Shown here: piece by piece, positions 46,405-55,940 of the stretch | Position numbering within the stretch: position 1 is the stretch's first letter | Layout of the letters: the number at the start of each line of letters is the position of its first letter | Origin: a virus | Taxonomy: Duplodnaviria > Caudoviricetes | DNA length: 64,000 nucleotides | Virus record (IMG/VR): IMGVR_UViG_3300035208_002115 | Strand: one strand, 5' to 3' | Translations under genes and position numbers: made by a program | The notes under the pieces: generated by a model | Told to the model about the DNA's origin: nothing | Database searches by the model: none | Seen by the model: only the letters and a program-made list of their open reading frames with translations

Positions 46405-46659
46405 ATGACACCAGAAGATGTTCTAAAAAATTGCATTAAATTCGAGGTTAAAGATTTTGAACGAATCTTTATAGAATCTGGATATAAAAGTTCTGATAGT
46501 GTAATAAGTTTAGAGGATGCTATGTCAGCTATAAAAGAATATATGGAATATGCTGATAATGTTGCTCTACATTGTATCCAGTTGGCGACAAATTTAAACT
46601 ATGGTAGTAGATGCTCACTGGAATATTTGCAGAAAGCAAAAGATAAAATGAAAAAGTAA
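46405..46659 (+). CDS. hypothetical protein
   Basis: ORF. Confidence 0.6.
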   Translation: MTPEDVLKNCIKFEVKDFERIFIESGYKSSDSVISLEDAMSAIKEYMEYADNVALHCIQLATNLNYGSRCSLEYLQKAKDKMKK

Positions 46660-46757
46660 AAAGAAAGGAGAATACAAATTATGATTGATTTTAGTTAGAT
46701 ACTCACCTACGTGGTGAGTTTTTTATTACGTATTATTAAAAAATTAAATACTAAAAA

Positions 46758-47408
46758 ATGAAACAATATCCACACATAGAGTATTGGAATCAATGTAAGT
46801 TTGGTTCTACCATCTGGGGATTTGATAAATTAGATGGCTCTAATATCCGAGCCGAGTGGAGAAAAAAAAGAGGGTTTTATAAATTCGGGACTAAACAACA
46901 AATGATTGATACCCGACACCCACAATTCGGTGAAGCTGTCACACTATTTCTAAACAAGTATAATGAAGGGTTATCTAAAATATTCACTGATGATAAGTAT
47001 TACAGAAACGTTCAAAACTTTGTAGTATTTTCAGAATATTTTGGTGAAAATTCATTTGCTGGATATCATATACCAGAAGATAAAAAAGACATTTTACTTT
47101 TCGATATCAGCCTTTATAAAAAAGGTTGGGTTAAACCAAAAGACTTTATAAACGATTTTGAGCATCTTGGGATACCAAGACTAATATATCATGGTAATTA
47201 TAATAAAAAGCTTATACGTGATGTAAAAGAAGGTATTTTTGATGTAAAAGAAGGTATAGTCGTTAAAGGTTTAAGACAAACAAAAGGTGACGAACTGGTT
47301 TGGTTAACTAAAATAAAGACCAATGAATGGTTAAAAAGATTGAAGAACAAATTCGGTGAGAAGTATCTTTTGAAAGAAGTAAATTACGATAAAGAATTGT
47401 TAGATTAA
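46758..47408 (+). CDS. RNA ligase-like nucleotidyltransferase
   Basis: Motif I KLDGSN, EYFG, FDI, EGIVVK, KIKT. Confidence 0.75.
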   Translation: MKQYPHIEYWNQCKFGSTIWGFDKLDGSNIRAEWRKKRGFYKFGTKQQMIDTRHPQFGEAVTLFLNKYNEGLSKIFTDDKYYRNVQNFVVFSEYFGENSFAGYHIPEDKKDILLFDISLYKKGWVKPKDFINDFEHLGIPRLIYHGNYNKKLIRDVKEGIFDVKEGIVVKGLRQTKGDELVWLTKIKTNEWLKRLKNKFGEKYLLKEVNYDKELLD

Positions 47409-47438
47409 TATGGGTGGGCTTTATGCCCACTCAAATAT

Positions 47439-47524
47439 GGATAGGTAGCAAAGTGGTTAAATGCGCTTGACTGTAAATCAAGTCCCTTCGGGGTTCGTAG
47501 GTTCGAATCCTACCCTGTCCACCA
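47439..47524 (+). tRNA. tRNA-Tyr(GTA)
   Basis: CTTGA-CT GTA AA-TCAAG; encoded CCA. Confidence 0.9.
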
Positions 47525-47528
47525 ATAT

Positions 47529-47611
47529 GAGTAGGTATGCAAATGGCGAAGCAAGCGGTCTGTAAAACCGTGACGTAAGAGACACTGGGGGTTCAAATCC
47601 CTCTCTACTCA
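47529..47611 (+). tRNA. tRNA-Tyr(GTA)
   Basis: GCGGT-CT GTA AA-ACCGT. Confidence 0.85.
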
Positions 47612-47708
47612 CTTTTAAATATCCTTTTACCCATACATGTCAATTATATCCCATAAAAATATTATTTCTTAATATATTTTTTCATATTTTTGTTTAATAA
47701 AACATGAT

Positions 47709-48080
47709 ATGGAATATATTACTATTACTGAGTATAGGGATGAAAAAATAGACAGGACTATCAGTAAGTCTTTGAATGATTATGTAGACTCATCAATAAA
47801 AAAATTAAAAGATGAGCTTATAGCCAATGAGTTCTCGATAAAATGTAAAAGAATAAATTCAAATTTATATCATTCTATTGGTGTTTGGGGTGTTTGGGGT
47901 GTATATGGTGATTTGAATTACAAAATAAAAAATTCAAAAATTTATTATGTTCAAATATCGTGGCGGGTATCGCATCAAATGAAATTGTATGTATTTACAC
48001 AATATAAAAAATTTGACACATATATAAATTCACTGGAAAGAGAGAGGGTTTTGAAAATAGAAGAATTAGAAATACTATGA
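47709..48080 (+). CDS. paralog-array protein with C-terminal tag
   Basis: Ends ERVLKIEELEIL. Confidence 0.7.
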   Translation: MEYITITEYRDEKIDRTISKSLNDYVDSSIKKLKDELIANEFSIKCKRINSNLYHSIGVWGVWGVYGDLNYKIKNSKIYYVQISWRVSHQMKLYVFTQYKKFDTYINSLERERVLKIEELEIL

Positions 48081-48439
48081 CAAATATTGATTATATAGAT
48101 GATGTTGATATAAGAAATCATATAATAGTTTATATTGAGGTTACTTGTAAAATAATACAAAAATTTATCAGTGAACCGAGTTCTAAAGATGTAATAGAAA
48201 TGATGAAATTTATAGATGGTATTGAAACTTATAAATACAAAAATTATCGAGTAGTCTTGGTGTTAAATGATTATAGGGATACACCTAAAATATATAAAGT
48301 GGGATTAGAATTCAGTATAATTAAAGATGGTGATTGGAAAGATTGGAAGAATAGTGATGTAATACATATAATAAATCGTAAAGTGTATACCATATCAAAA
48401 GAAAGAATGATAAAGATTGAAAGATTGAAATTGTTATGA
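48077..48439 (+). CDS. paralog-array protein with C-terminal tag
   Basis: Ends ERMIKIERLKLL. Confidence 0.7.
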   Translation: MTNIDYIDDVDIRNHIIVYIEVTCKIIQKFISEPSSKDVIEMMKFIDGIETYKYKNYRVVLVLNDYRDTPKIYKVGLEFSIIKDGDWKDWKNSDVIHIINRKVYTISKERMIKIERLKLL

Positions 48440-48801
48440 TTAAAATAGATTTATATAGTGCCACGACTAATAAGCGTATAGAGAATATTTTGAATTACAA
48501 ATTCAAAAGCTATTTATATACTTTGCATAAAAAATTATTAGATTGTAATTTTACGAGAGCTGGTATGATTACTGCGTTAGTATCAGATGATATAGATTAT
48601 CAGTATGATGGATATAATATTGTAATAAAAAAGAAATTTAATTCTTATGGTGAAAGTATTGATAGTGTTCAGGTTTTTTGTATTTTATATAAAATTGAAA
48701 ATGATAATTTAAAATATAAAAGATTACAATCTTTTAGTGTTGAAATACTCTCTCCGACCAGAGAAAGAAAGTTAAAAATTGAAAAACTTGGATTGGTATG
48801 A
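48436..48801 (+). CDS. paralog-array protein with C-terminal tag
   Basis: Ends ERKLKIEKLGLV. Confidence 0.7.
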   Translation: MIKIDLYSATTNKRIENILNYKFKSYLYTLHKKLLDCNFTRAGMITALVSDDIDYQYDGYNIVIKKKFNSYGESIDSVQVFCILYKIENDNLKYKRLQSFSVEILSPTRERKLKIEKLGLV

Positions 48802-49160
48802 TTAAAATAACTGAATACAGTAAAAAGGTAAATTCTTTTATTGAAAACGAGTTCAATAATGCTATTGAAAAACAAGTAGATATTTTAGAACAATATTTCA
48901 AGAAAAATAATTATTCAAGTAAGGTTATATCAGCAAGGGCTAATTATATTGTAAATTTTTCATTATATGATTATCATCTTAGGGAAAGTATGCTTATAAA
49001 TTCAACAGAAGAATATCTGGAAGTAATCCATGTATCTTTTTCTTTGTATAGAAATAATTTTGATGGTATGGGTGAGACTATGGTGGATAGAATTACGTAT
49101 GATTTTTTATCTACAACCAAGAAACGGAAATTAAAAATTGAAAAATTAGGATTGGTATGA
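48798..49160 (+). CDS. paralog-array protein with C-terminal tag
   Basis: Ends KRKLKIEKLGLV. Confidence 0.7.
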   Translation: MIKITEYSKKVNSFIENEFNNAIEKQVDILEQYFKKNNYSSKVISARANYIVNFSLYDYHLRESMLINSTEEYLEVIHVSFSLYRNNFDGMGETMVDRITYDFLSTTKKRKLKIEKLGLV

Positions 49161-49549
49161 CAGTTCACGATTACGATAAAGAGATTAAAATTCATATTTG
49201 TGGTTATGAATATGAAAAAAATAAAATAATAGAAAATGCTTTTGTTTATCATATTAAAAAAGAAATTTATAATTTCAGGCTTCGTCTTATAAAAACAAAT
49301 TACGCTGTTAAAACAGTTACAGATTATAATAAAAATCGATTTAATTATGATGAATATTATTTAGATATGTTTGCAACGGCCATTTGTGGTTATGAATTAT
49401 CACTGGAATATGTGTTATTTAGCTTTGAACTGCATAAAAGGACTCGAATCCATATACCAGTTGATATACGTGTGACTGATTTCTCCATTAAAATATATCC
49501 ACCGAATATGGAGCGAAAATTGAAGATAAAACAATTAGGGTTGATATGA
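49157..49549 (+). CDS. paralog-array protein with C-terminal tag
   Basis: Ends ERKLKIKQLGLI. Confidence 0.7.
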   Translation: MTVHDYDKEIKIHICGYEYEKNKIIENAFVYHIKKEIYNFRLRLIKTNYAVKTVTDYNKNRFNYDEYYLDMFATAICGYELSLEYVLFSFELHKRTRIHIPVDIRVTDFSIKIYPPNMERKLKIKQLGLI

Positions 49550-49911
49550 TTACAATTTATAATCGGGTACGAATTTCGGTTGAGGACGAGTCAAAAATAA
49601 ACAATAAAATAAAAAATATTGTTGAAGAATTAAAATCATTTCTCATCAGAAACAAATTTTACACAGAATCGTTAAAAGATGTTATAATAAATAGTGTGAT
49701 TGATAATGATGATTTACAATTAAAAGTCGATATATATTACAAAAATGAAGATTTTGTAGATGAAGTGGGGTTGATTTTTAGTTTATTTTGGATGAAAAAT
49801 TTTTGGTTAAATGATGATGGTGTTAAACAATTGATAGGTAAAGAAGAAGTAATTATTTACACCAAAAAGAAAGAAAGAATGGTTAAGATTGAGAAACTTG
49901 GTTTGGTTTAA
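49546..49911 (+). CDS. paralog-array protein with C-terminal tag
   Basis: Ends ERMVKIEKLGLV. Confidence 0.7.
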   Translation: MITIYNRVRISVEDESKINNKIKNIVEELKSFLIRNKFYTESLKDVIINSVIDNDDLQLKVDIYYKNEDFVDEVGLIFSLFWMKNFWLNDDGVKQLIGKEEVIIYTKKKERMVKIEKLGLV

Positions 49912-49912
49912 T

Positions 49913-50290
49913 ATGGAATATATTACAGCAAATATTCACAGAAAAGATTTGGAACTTATTAACAATCAAATTGATGGTTGGATTAAAGAAATATCAAAAA
50001 TGCTTGTTGAAGGTAAAATTGACAAAATAAATAATAAATATTGTACTTTTCAATATGGGAGATATGTTTTAGAGGGTTGGTCTCGTGGTTTTTTATTTTC
50101 TATACAAGAAAGATTTGAAAGAAAAAGAATAACCTCACGGTTTGGTTACTGCTTCAAATTAAAACATTATCCAGAATATATGAAAAGTAGGTATGAAGGT
50201 GTGTATGTTATTATTGCTGAATATAAACATGTATTTAATCTGATACACGAAGAACGAAAATATAAATTGGAACATCTCGGTATTATATAA
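49913..50290 (+). CDS. paralog-array protein with C-terminal tag
   Basis: Ends ERKYKLEHLGII; start moved to 49913. Confidence 0.7.
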   Translation: MEYITANIHRKDLELINNQIDGWIKEISKMLVEGKIDKINNKYCTFQYGRYVLEGWSRGFLFSIQERFERKRITSRFGYCFKLKHYPEYMKSRYEGVYVIIAEYKHVFNLIHEERKYKLEHLGII

Positions 50291-50493
50291 TGATTTTATT
50301 ATAATATATTTTTTTATATTTTTATTTTGTTTATTTTTGAAAAAACTAAAGACATGGAAAAGAAAGAAACTGAAAGTAATTTATTAGCTTTAGCAGTTTT
50401 TATATTTGGGTATATTGGTGTGATTTTTTCTTTATGTCTCGGTTACGAGGTTGATATTAAAGTTGTTAAAAAGAATATGAATACAACTTCCAA

Positions 50494-50814
50494 ATGATAT
50501 ATTTCGAATACAATATTGAACCAACGAGTGCAATAACCATAAACCAATGGATTGAAGATTATATCGAAAAAACCATTATTAATATCATTGGTGATAAGAA
50601 GCATGTGTTTATGCCTGTTCAGGAAATCTTTGAATTATTAGATTTTTATAAAGTAAACGCACATCGTATGTTTGATATAAATAGTGAATATTTGTTTATA
50701 TATTTTGATTTGTTCATCATGGAAGGAAAAACTGCTATATATGTAGATAGGTATATTCATGAATTAAATGTTCTTCATGAGCGCAGAAAATTGAAAATTA
50801 GAGATTTAGAATAG
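50494..50814 (+). CDS. paralog-array protein with C-terminal tag
   Basis: Ends RRKLKIRDLE. Confidence 0.7.
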   Translation: MIYFEYNIEPTSAITINQWIEDYIEKTIINIIGDKKHVFMPVQEIFELLDFYKVNAHRMFDINSEYLFIYFDLFIMEGKTAIYVDRYIHELNVLHERRKLKIRDLE

Positions 50815-50819
50815 AATTA

Positions 50820-51170
50820 ATGATGGAAAATGATTATAGGATAAAGTTATATTTGTTGCCACATTTAATGGATAAGGTTTCGTACATTAAAAAAGTATTG
50901 AAACAATCAAAATGTACTTCTAAATTTATTGAAAACATTGAACTACCAAATTATGATGAATTAAATATTTTTAGGATACGATATGATTTAATATATTCTT
51001 CAACAAATGAAAAATTAACAGAAGCTAATTTAATTTGTCATGTTGAAGTTCGAACAAATTGTCATATATGTGAATCGGTTACATATAAACATTTAGAAAA
51101 TTTCAAATACAACATATATTCTATTCGTGAAGAAAGAAAACAAAAAATTAAGAAATTGAATTTAATATAA
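50820..51170 (+). CDS. paralog-array protein with C-terminal tag
   Basis: Ends ERKQKIKKLNLI. Confidence 0.7.
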   Translation: MMENDYRIKLYLLPHLMDKVSYIKKVLKQSKCTSKFIENIELPNYDELNIFRIRYDLIYSSTNEKLTEANLICHVEVRTNCHICESVTYKHLENFKYNIYSIREERKQKIKKLNLI

Positions 51171-51174
51171 ATAT

Positions 51175-51522
51175 ATGAGCTGGTTTGCATACGGTAAAGA
51201 TTTGAATAATTCTTCATCTTTTCACAGAAAACGAAAAGGTGTTTGGTTAAGATATCATAGTAATCCAGATATTGTAAAGGCGGTCAAGAAAAATGGTAAC
51301 AAACGACTGTTTGAAACTGTTGTCAGAGTTGTTGTGGATGAGTATGATAAGAAAGAAGATAAAATCTGGTTAGAGGTCTGGTGTCAAAATATATTTGACC
51401 CGATTCGAAGGAAACACAGATATAATGTTTTTTATATCTTTGTATCTCCAGATGAAAGCTGGGTATGTGAAGGTGACTTGGGAAAAGGTTTAGAAAATTA
51501 TAAAGATAATAAAGTGTTATGA
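51175..51522 (+). CDS. hypothetical protein
   Basis: Packed ORF without the tag. Confidence 0.65.
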   Translation: MSWFAYGKDLNNSSSFHRKRKGVWLRYHSNPDIVKAVKKNGNKRLFETVVRVVVDEYDKKEDKIWLEVWCQNIFDPIRRKHRYNVFYIFVSPDESWVCEGDLGKGLENYKDNKVL

Positions 51523-51881
51523 AATATTTCGATGAGAAATTCACAAGAGCTGAGTATCGAGAGATTCATCAAATATTACAGCAAAATTTCAAATACATTG
51601 AAAATAAAATTATCAAGGGGTATAATTTTAACAATTATCAAAAAAGTATTAGATTCTCAAATAAGAAATATATCATTTTGATTCTTAATGCTTTTGATGA
51701 ATACAATATTGATAATGATAATTATTTTACTCTTGAATTACAATTGTTTACTATTAACTATGAAAGTAAAAGAATAGAAGATTTTTGGAAATTTATAGAA
51801 AATGATTACTATGATATACCTTTAATACCAATACGTAGAAGAATGAAAATTAAGAAATTGGGTTTATTAAAAGATAATTGA
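51519..51881 (+). CDS. paralog-array protein with C-terminal tag
   Basis: Ends RRRMKIKKLGLLKDN. Confidence 0.7.
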   Translation: MKYFDEKFTRAEYREIHQILQQNFKYIENKIIKGYNFNNYQKSIRFSNKKYIILILNAFDEYNIDNDNYFTLELQLFTINYESKRIEDFWKFIENDYYDIPLIPIRRRMKIKKLGLLKDN

Positions 51882-51887
51882 TATAAT

Positions 51888-52616
51888 ATGAAAGTTTTAG
51901 ATGTCATCGATTTGTCGGTGTACAGAGGCAACAATAAAATTTTAAAATATGTTTCACTTGAAGTATATTCAAATGAAATAGTTGCTATTGTTGGTGCTAA
52001 TGGTTGTGGGAAAACTACATTATTTAATTCGATATCTGGTTTTTTAAGACCTGCCACTGGTAAAATTTTCATCAATGGAGTTGATACAACTTATTTAAAA
52101 CCTCATCAAATAGCAAAACTCGGTGTTAGTAGAACTTTCCAAGATAGGGGCATATTTGAAAATATGTCTATTATGGACGCAACTGAAATAACAGAAACAA
52201 GAAATAATAATTTATTAAAAGATATTTTTAATTTTAAATTAAGAAAAATAGTTAAAAGTAAAGCACTACATAAGTTGAACAAGTTTCTCCCCAATGTTGA
52301 TTATTCAAAAAATTGTGATGAGTTATCGACTGGGCAACAGGCCAAATTAAAATTAGCATCTTTATACACAGAATCCAAACTATTGTTATTAGATGAACCA
52401 ACGGCTGGTGTTGATAAAAATAGTAAGAAAGTTTTATTACAACACATTCAAGATATTTCAAAAAATTGTGCTGTATTGTTGATAGAACATGATATGAATT
52501 TTGTTAAAAAATGTGCTGACAGAATTCTTTATATGGACGATGGTAAATTTATTAGAGAAGTAAAACAGGTGAATAATATAAGAAAAAGGAAAATCGAGAA
52601 TATGGGGGTTTTATGA
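51888..52616 (+). CDS. ABC ATPase (LivG/UrtD-like), no permease nearby
   Basis: Walker A GANGCGKT, RTFQ, signature LSTGQ, Walker B LLLLDEP, IEHD. Confidence 0.85.
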   Translation: MKVLDVIDLSVYRGNNKILKYVSLEVYSNEIVAIVGANGCGKTTLFNSISGFLRPATGKIFINGVDTTYLKPHQIAKLGVSRTFQDRGIFENMSIMDATEITETRNNNLLKDIFNFKLRKIVKSKALHKLNKFLPNVDYSKNCDELSTGQQAKLKLASLYTESKLLLLDEPTAGVDKNSKKVLLQHIQDISKNCAVLLIEHDMNFVKKCADRILYMDDGKFIREVKQVNNIRKRKIENMGVL

Positions 52617-52945
52617 ATTTTTTTAATATTGATATTGACAAAAATGTTTTAGATTGGGTAAATAATATTGTCAGACATTATATTGTTGAAATAACAAATG
52701 ATGTTCGGGAAAATAATTTTGAGGCTATGTCAATACAATCTTGTGGTTATAATGATAAATTTCTTGGTTATGAAATAATGGTTGACTTTTATATACCAGA
52801 GGCAATAAGCCCAGATGGTACGTATTTTATAACATTCATTTTATATAAGATTAATGAATTTAATGAAACTTATGTTCATCCAATTATACCATTAAGCGAA
52901 GAAAGAAAACAAAAAATTGAAAAATTAGGAATAGATGTTAGTTAA
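52613..52945 (+). CDS. paralog-array protein with C-terminal tag
   Basis: Ends ERKQKIEKLGIDVS. Confidence 0.7.
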   Translation: MNFFNIDIDKNVLDWVNNIVRHYIVEITNDVRENNFEAMSIQSCGYNDKFLGYEIMVDFYIPEAISPDGTYFITFILYKINEFNETYVHPIIPLSEERKQKIEKLGIDVS

Positions 52946-53093
52946 AATTGTAAAAACCTCAATAATATTAAATGATGAAAAAGAGGGTAAAAAGTATTTA
53001 TGGGCTTTTGTTGATGAATATGATAGGACTATGGTTCAAATCTATTCCGAGAAATATCCAAAGGAATTGGAAGAATTTTTAAAACGTTAATTT

Positions 53094-53333
53094 ATGAAAA
53101 CATTTTATTCAAGAATAGAAGTCAAAAAAAGAAAAGGTAAAACATATTACCAACCACAACTAAAGAGAAAGGGTTTCTGGTTTATTCTTAATCAATGGGG
53201 TGGTTTAAGTATGTTAATTGTTAAACAAAATTCGTATGATTTAAAGATTTGGACTCTTAAAAAAGAGGAAGCTGAAGAAGAATTGAAACGTTTTGAATAC
53301 TTACATAAAGTCACTCTTATACCAATCGAATAA
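53094..53333 (+). CDS. hypothetical protein
   Basis: Packed ORF. Confidence 0.6.
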   Translation: MKTFYSRIEVKKRKGKTYYQPQLKRKGFWFILNQWGGLSMLIVKQNSYDLKIWTLKKEEAEEELKRFEYLHKVTLIPIE

Positions 53334-53660
53334 ATGAATGTAAAGGATAGACAGGTTATTTTAAGAGAATATGCTAAATATTTATGTGAAAAAATACTCA
53401 TTATTAACTCTGAGTATGAGAACGGGTCAATATATTTAGAATTAAAACATTTTTATGAAACTGGTGAAATGTCTTGTTTATTAAGCATACACCAATTCAT
53501 TTCAGCTCATATATCGAATATTCATGTTTTTTATAACGATATTAAAAAACTTCAGAAAGATTTTAACAAAGATTTGTACATTCAGTCTTATGATATATTC
53601 GAAAAAAATTACATTCGAATACTAAAACTAAAACAATTAGAAATAAATAAACTATTATGA
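53334..53660 (+). CDS. hypothetical protein with C-terminal tag
   Basis: Ends IRILKLKQLEINKLL. Confidence 0.65.
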   Translation: MNVKDRQVILREYAKYLCEKILIINSEYENGSIYLELKHFYETGEMSCLLSIHQFISAHISNIHVFYNDIKKLQKDFNKDLYIQSYDIFEKNYIRILKLKQLEINKLL

Positions 53661-54052
53661 CAATACAAGAACAAATTCGTGGTGATATGATATCAGCCAT
53701 GAAAAGCAAAGAAACAGAAAAATTAACTCTATTAAGAGTTATAATTGGAGAATTCAGTAGAATCGGTAAGGATTTAAGTGATACCGAAGCCAGTAAGATT
53801 ATTCGAAAAATGTATGATAATGCCAAGGAACTTTCCAATACGTATGAAATGGGCGTACTTGATACGTATTTACCCAAAATGTTGAATACGGAACAGACAC
53901 GGAAAATTGTTTCTGATTTGATACAGACTGGTGGTTATAGTGGTATGAAAGATATGGGTAAAGTAATGGGGGATATTAAAAATAATCCACAATTTTCTCA
54001 AATAGATGGCAAAATATCCAGTCAGATAGTAAAAGAATTACTAAGTGTGTAA
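53657..54052 (+). CDS. GatB/YqeY domain protein
   Basis: DMISAMKSK...LR, YLPKML, MKDMGKVMG, DGK.SS.IVK..L. Confidence 0.85.
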   Translation: MTIQEQIRGDMISAMKSKETEKLTLLRVIIGEFSRIGKDLSDTEASKIIRKMYDNAKELSNTYEMGVLDTYLPKMLNTEQTRKIVSDLIQTGGYSGMKDMGKVMGDIKNNPQFSQIDGKISSQIVKELLSV

Positions 54053-54098
54053 AAATATATTTTTATTTTTTATATATAATAAAAAATAAATTATTGTT

Positions 54099-54515
54099 AT
54101 GAATCACTTAAAAGATTATGATAGTTTTCACCTAAATGAAAATGCTGGCGGTAATGTTGAACATTACAGATATTTAGATATAGAAAAAGTTGAGGACGGG
54201 TTGAAGATTTCCTTAAATGAAGCTGGTAAACAGAACGTTGAGGATGAAGGTGGAATAGAAGAAAGTAAATTCTATGACTATTTCGAAGATGTTCGTGGTA
54301 ATTCTGAATATATTTACTTCGAAGATATGGGTGATGCTGGTTTTGGTTTGACTTCAGCACCAGGTATTACGGATGGCTACGAATATAATGATGATGGTGA
54401 ATTAACAGATGAAGGTCATACTGATAGTGAAGTATATTGGTTTCCAAATTATATGATTAGAGACTTCACCCAAGATATGTTGGAAGATGGATATGTGATT
54501 TTCACAAAAGCATAA
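54099..54515 (+). CDS. acidic protein with capsid-targeting-like N-terminus
   Basis: Starts MNHLKDYDSFHLNE; TTTATATATA at 54069-54078. Confidence 0.7.
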   Translation: MNHLKDYDSFHLNENAGGNVEHYRYLDIEKVEDGLKISLNEAGKQNVEDEGGIEESKFYDYFEDVRGNSEYIYFEDMGDAGFGLTSAPGITDGYEYNDDGELTDEGHTDSEVYWFPNYMIRDFTQDMLEDGYVIFTKA

Positions 54516-54532
54516 AAAATAAAACACATGAT

Positions 54533-54772
54533 ATGGATTTTATAAAAACATTTGAGGATTTCGATAACATAATAAACGAAAAGAAAGAAACCATGAGTCT
54601 TGAAGATATAAAAAAACTGGATGGTGAAGAAGTGTCTGCAAAGCAATGGGAAGAAATAAGACATCATAAGAATACTAAAAAAGTTAGTATGTTGGGAAAA
54701 TCTAATAAAAACAAAAAAACAGAACATAGTGTTATCTTTGATGACAAAAGTTCAATCACGGTTTATGTGTAA
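54533..54772 (+). CDS. hypothetical protein with capsid-targeting-like N-terminus
   Basis: Starts MDFIKTFEDFDNIINE. Confidence 0.65.
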   Translation: MDFIKTFEDFDNIINEKKETMSLEDIKKLDGEEVSAKQWEEIRHHKNTKKVSMLGKSNKNKKTEHSVIFDDKSSITVYV

Positions 54773-54796
54773 TAACTTTTGATTAATAAAATAATG

Positions 54797-54826
54797 AATC
54801 CGATGAAATATTTTATCGGATTTTTT
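54797..54826 (+). terminator. intrinsic terminator
   Basis: AATCCGATGAAA/TTTTATCGGATT stem plus T run. Confidence 0.55.
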
Positions 54827-54853
54827 ATTTATATTTGTTCTAAATATTTTATT

Positions 54854-55657
54854 ATGAAATTAGATAATCTTGGAGACTGGTGTAAGTGGCTGGAACGAAA
54901 TTTTTCCCCTGAAATTATGATACCAACTTTACCTGTTATTATTCGTCTGGATGGTCAGAATTTTAGCACTTGGACTAATGGTTTGGTTAAACCCTTTGAT
55001 GAGAATCTGACTGATTTAATGGTGGAATTAACAAAATTTTTGGTTAAAGAAACAAATGCTATTATCGGATACACTCAAAGTGATGAAATTACATTGATTC
55101 TATACACTGACGATAGAGATATACCATTATACAATGATGGTAAGAAACATAAGATATTATCAAAGTTAACTGGTAAATGTGTTACTTTTTTTAATACTAA
55201 GCGTGAGAAATACTTACCAAATCACAATAAATTTGCAAATTTTGATTGTAGGGTTTTTCAGACACCCACTTTAAATGACGCATGTCTCCAGTTATTATGG
55301 AGAGAAAATGATGCAGCTCGAAACAGTATTTCAATGCTTAGTTATAGTTTATTTTCTCACAATTCATTGCAAAATATGAACAGTGATGAGAAACAAGAAA
55401 AGATGATGACTGAAAGAGGTATCAACTGGAATGATTTACCAATTAAATTTAAACGGGGTACATATGTAAGACGTATTAAAACGTCAAAACCATTTACTCC
55501 AGAAGAATTGAGTAAACTCCCACCAAAACACAATGCTCACAAAAACCCAAACTTAATCATAGAAAGAAATGATATTTCGGTTCTGGAATTACCCATATTT
55601 AATAAAATAAAAAATAAAGTGGGTGTTGTATTTAACGGGGAAGATGTGATTATTTAA
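54854..55657 (+). CDS. tRNA(His) guanylyltransferase Thg1-like protein
   Basis: IIRLDGQNF, YTQSDEI, FDCRVF, WRE.DA.RNS, GINWN, FKRGT; start moved to 54854. Confidence 0.9.
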   Translation: MKLDNLGDWCKWLERNFSPEIMIPTLPVIIRLDGQNFSTWTNGLVKPFDENLTDLMVELTKFLVKETNAIIGYTQSDEITLILYTDDRDIPLYNDGKKHKILSKLTGKCVTFFNTKREKYLPNHNKFANFDCRVFQTPTLNDACLQLLWRENDAARNSISMLSYSLFSHNSLQNMNSDEKQEKMMTERGINWNDLPIKFKRGTYVRRIKTSKPFTPEELSKLPPKHNAHKNPNLIIERNDISVLELPIFNKIKNKVGVVFNGEDVII

Positions 55658-55742
55658 AAAATAGGATGATTATCGGATTATTATCAAAAGAAATATAAAA
55701 CTTTCGGTAGATTATCGGATAAATAATAAAAAAGAAAATGTT

Positions 55743-55940
55743 ATGACAGGGATTTTAATTTCATCAATAATAGTTTCAGTTTTGGTAGTATTAATAAAAA
55801 CACCCATTCTTATTAAATATATCAAAGAGAGTACACCAGACCCTAATGGATGGGAAAAACCAACTATAACTGGCATATTATTAATAATAGGGTTTTCGAT
55901 ATTATTAGGTGCTTCCACTACTATGCTCTTACTTTTATGA
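55743..55940 (+). CDS. small membrane protein
   Basis: Two hydrophobic helices. Confidence 0.55.
   Translation: MTGILISSIIVSVLVVLIKTPILIKYIKESTPDPNGWEKPTITGILLIIGFSILLGASTTMLLLL

Noticed and set aside
47880-47909. GGTGTTTGG tandem repeat
   Set aside because: Short in-frame coding repeat (GVWGVWGVYG); too small for a functional claim.
49221-49234. 14-nt match to the 5' part of spacer 2 (ATAAAATAATAGAA)
   Set aside because: Low-complexity A-rich match at the TAM-distal end, expected by chance; I saw no full protospacer in the window.
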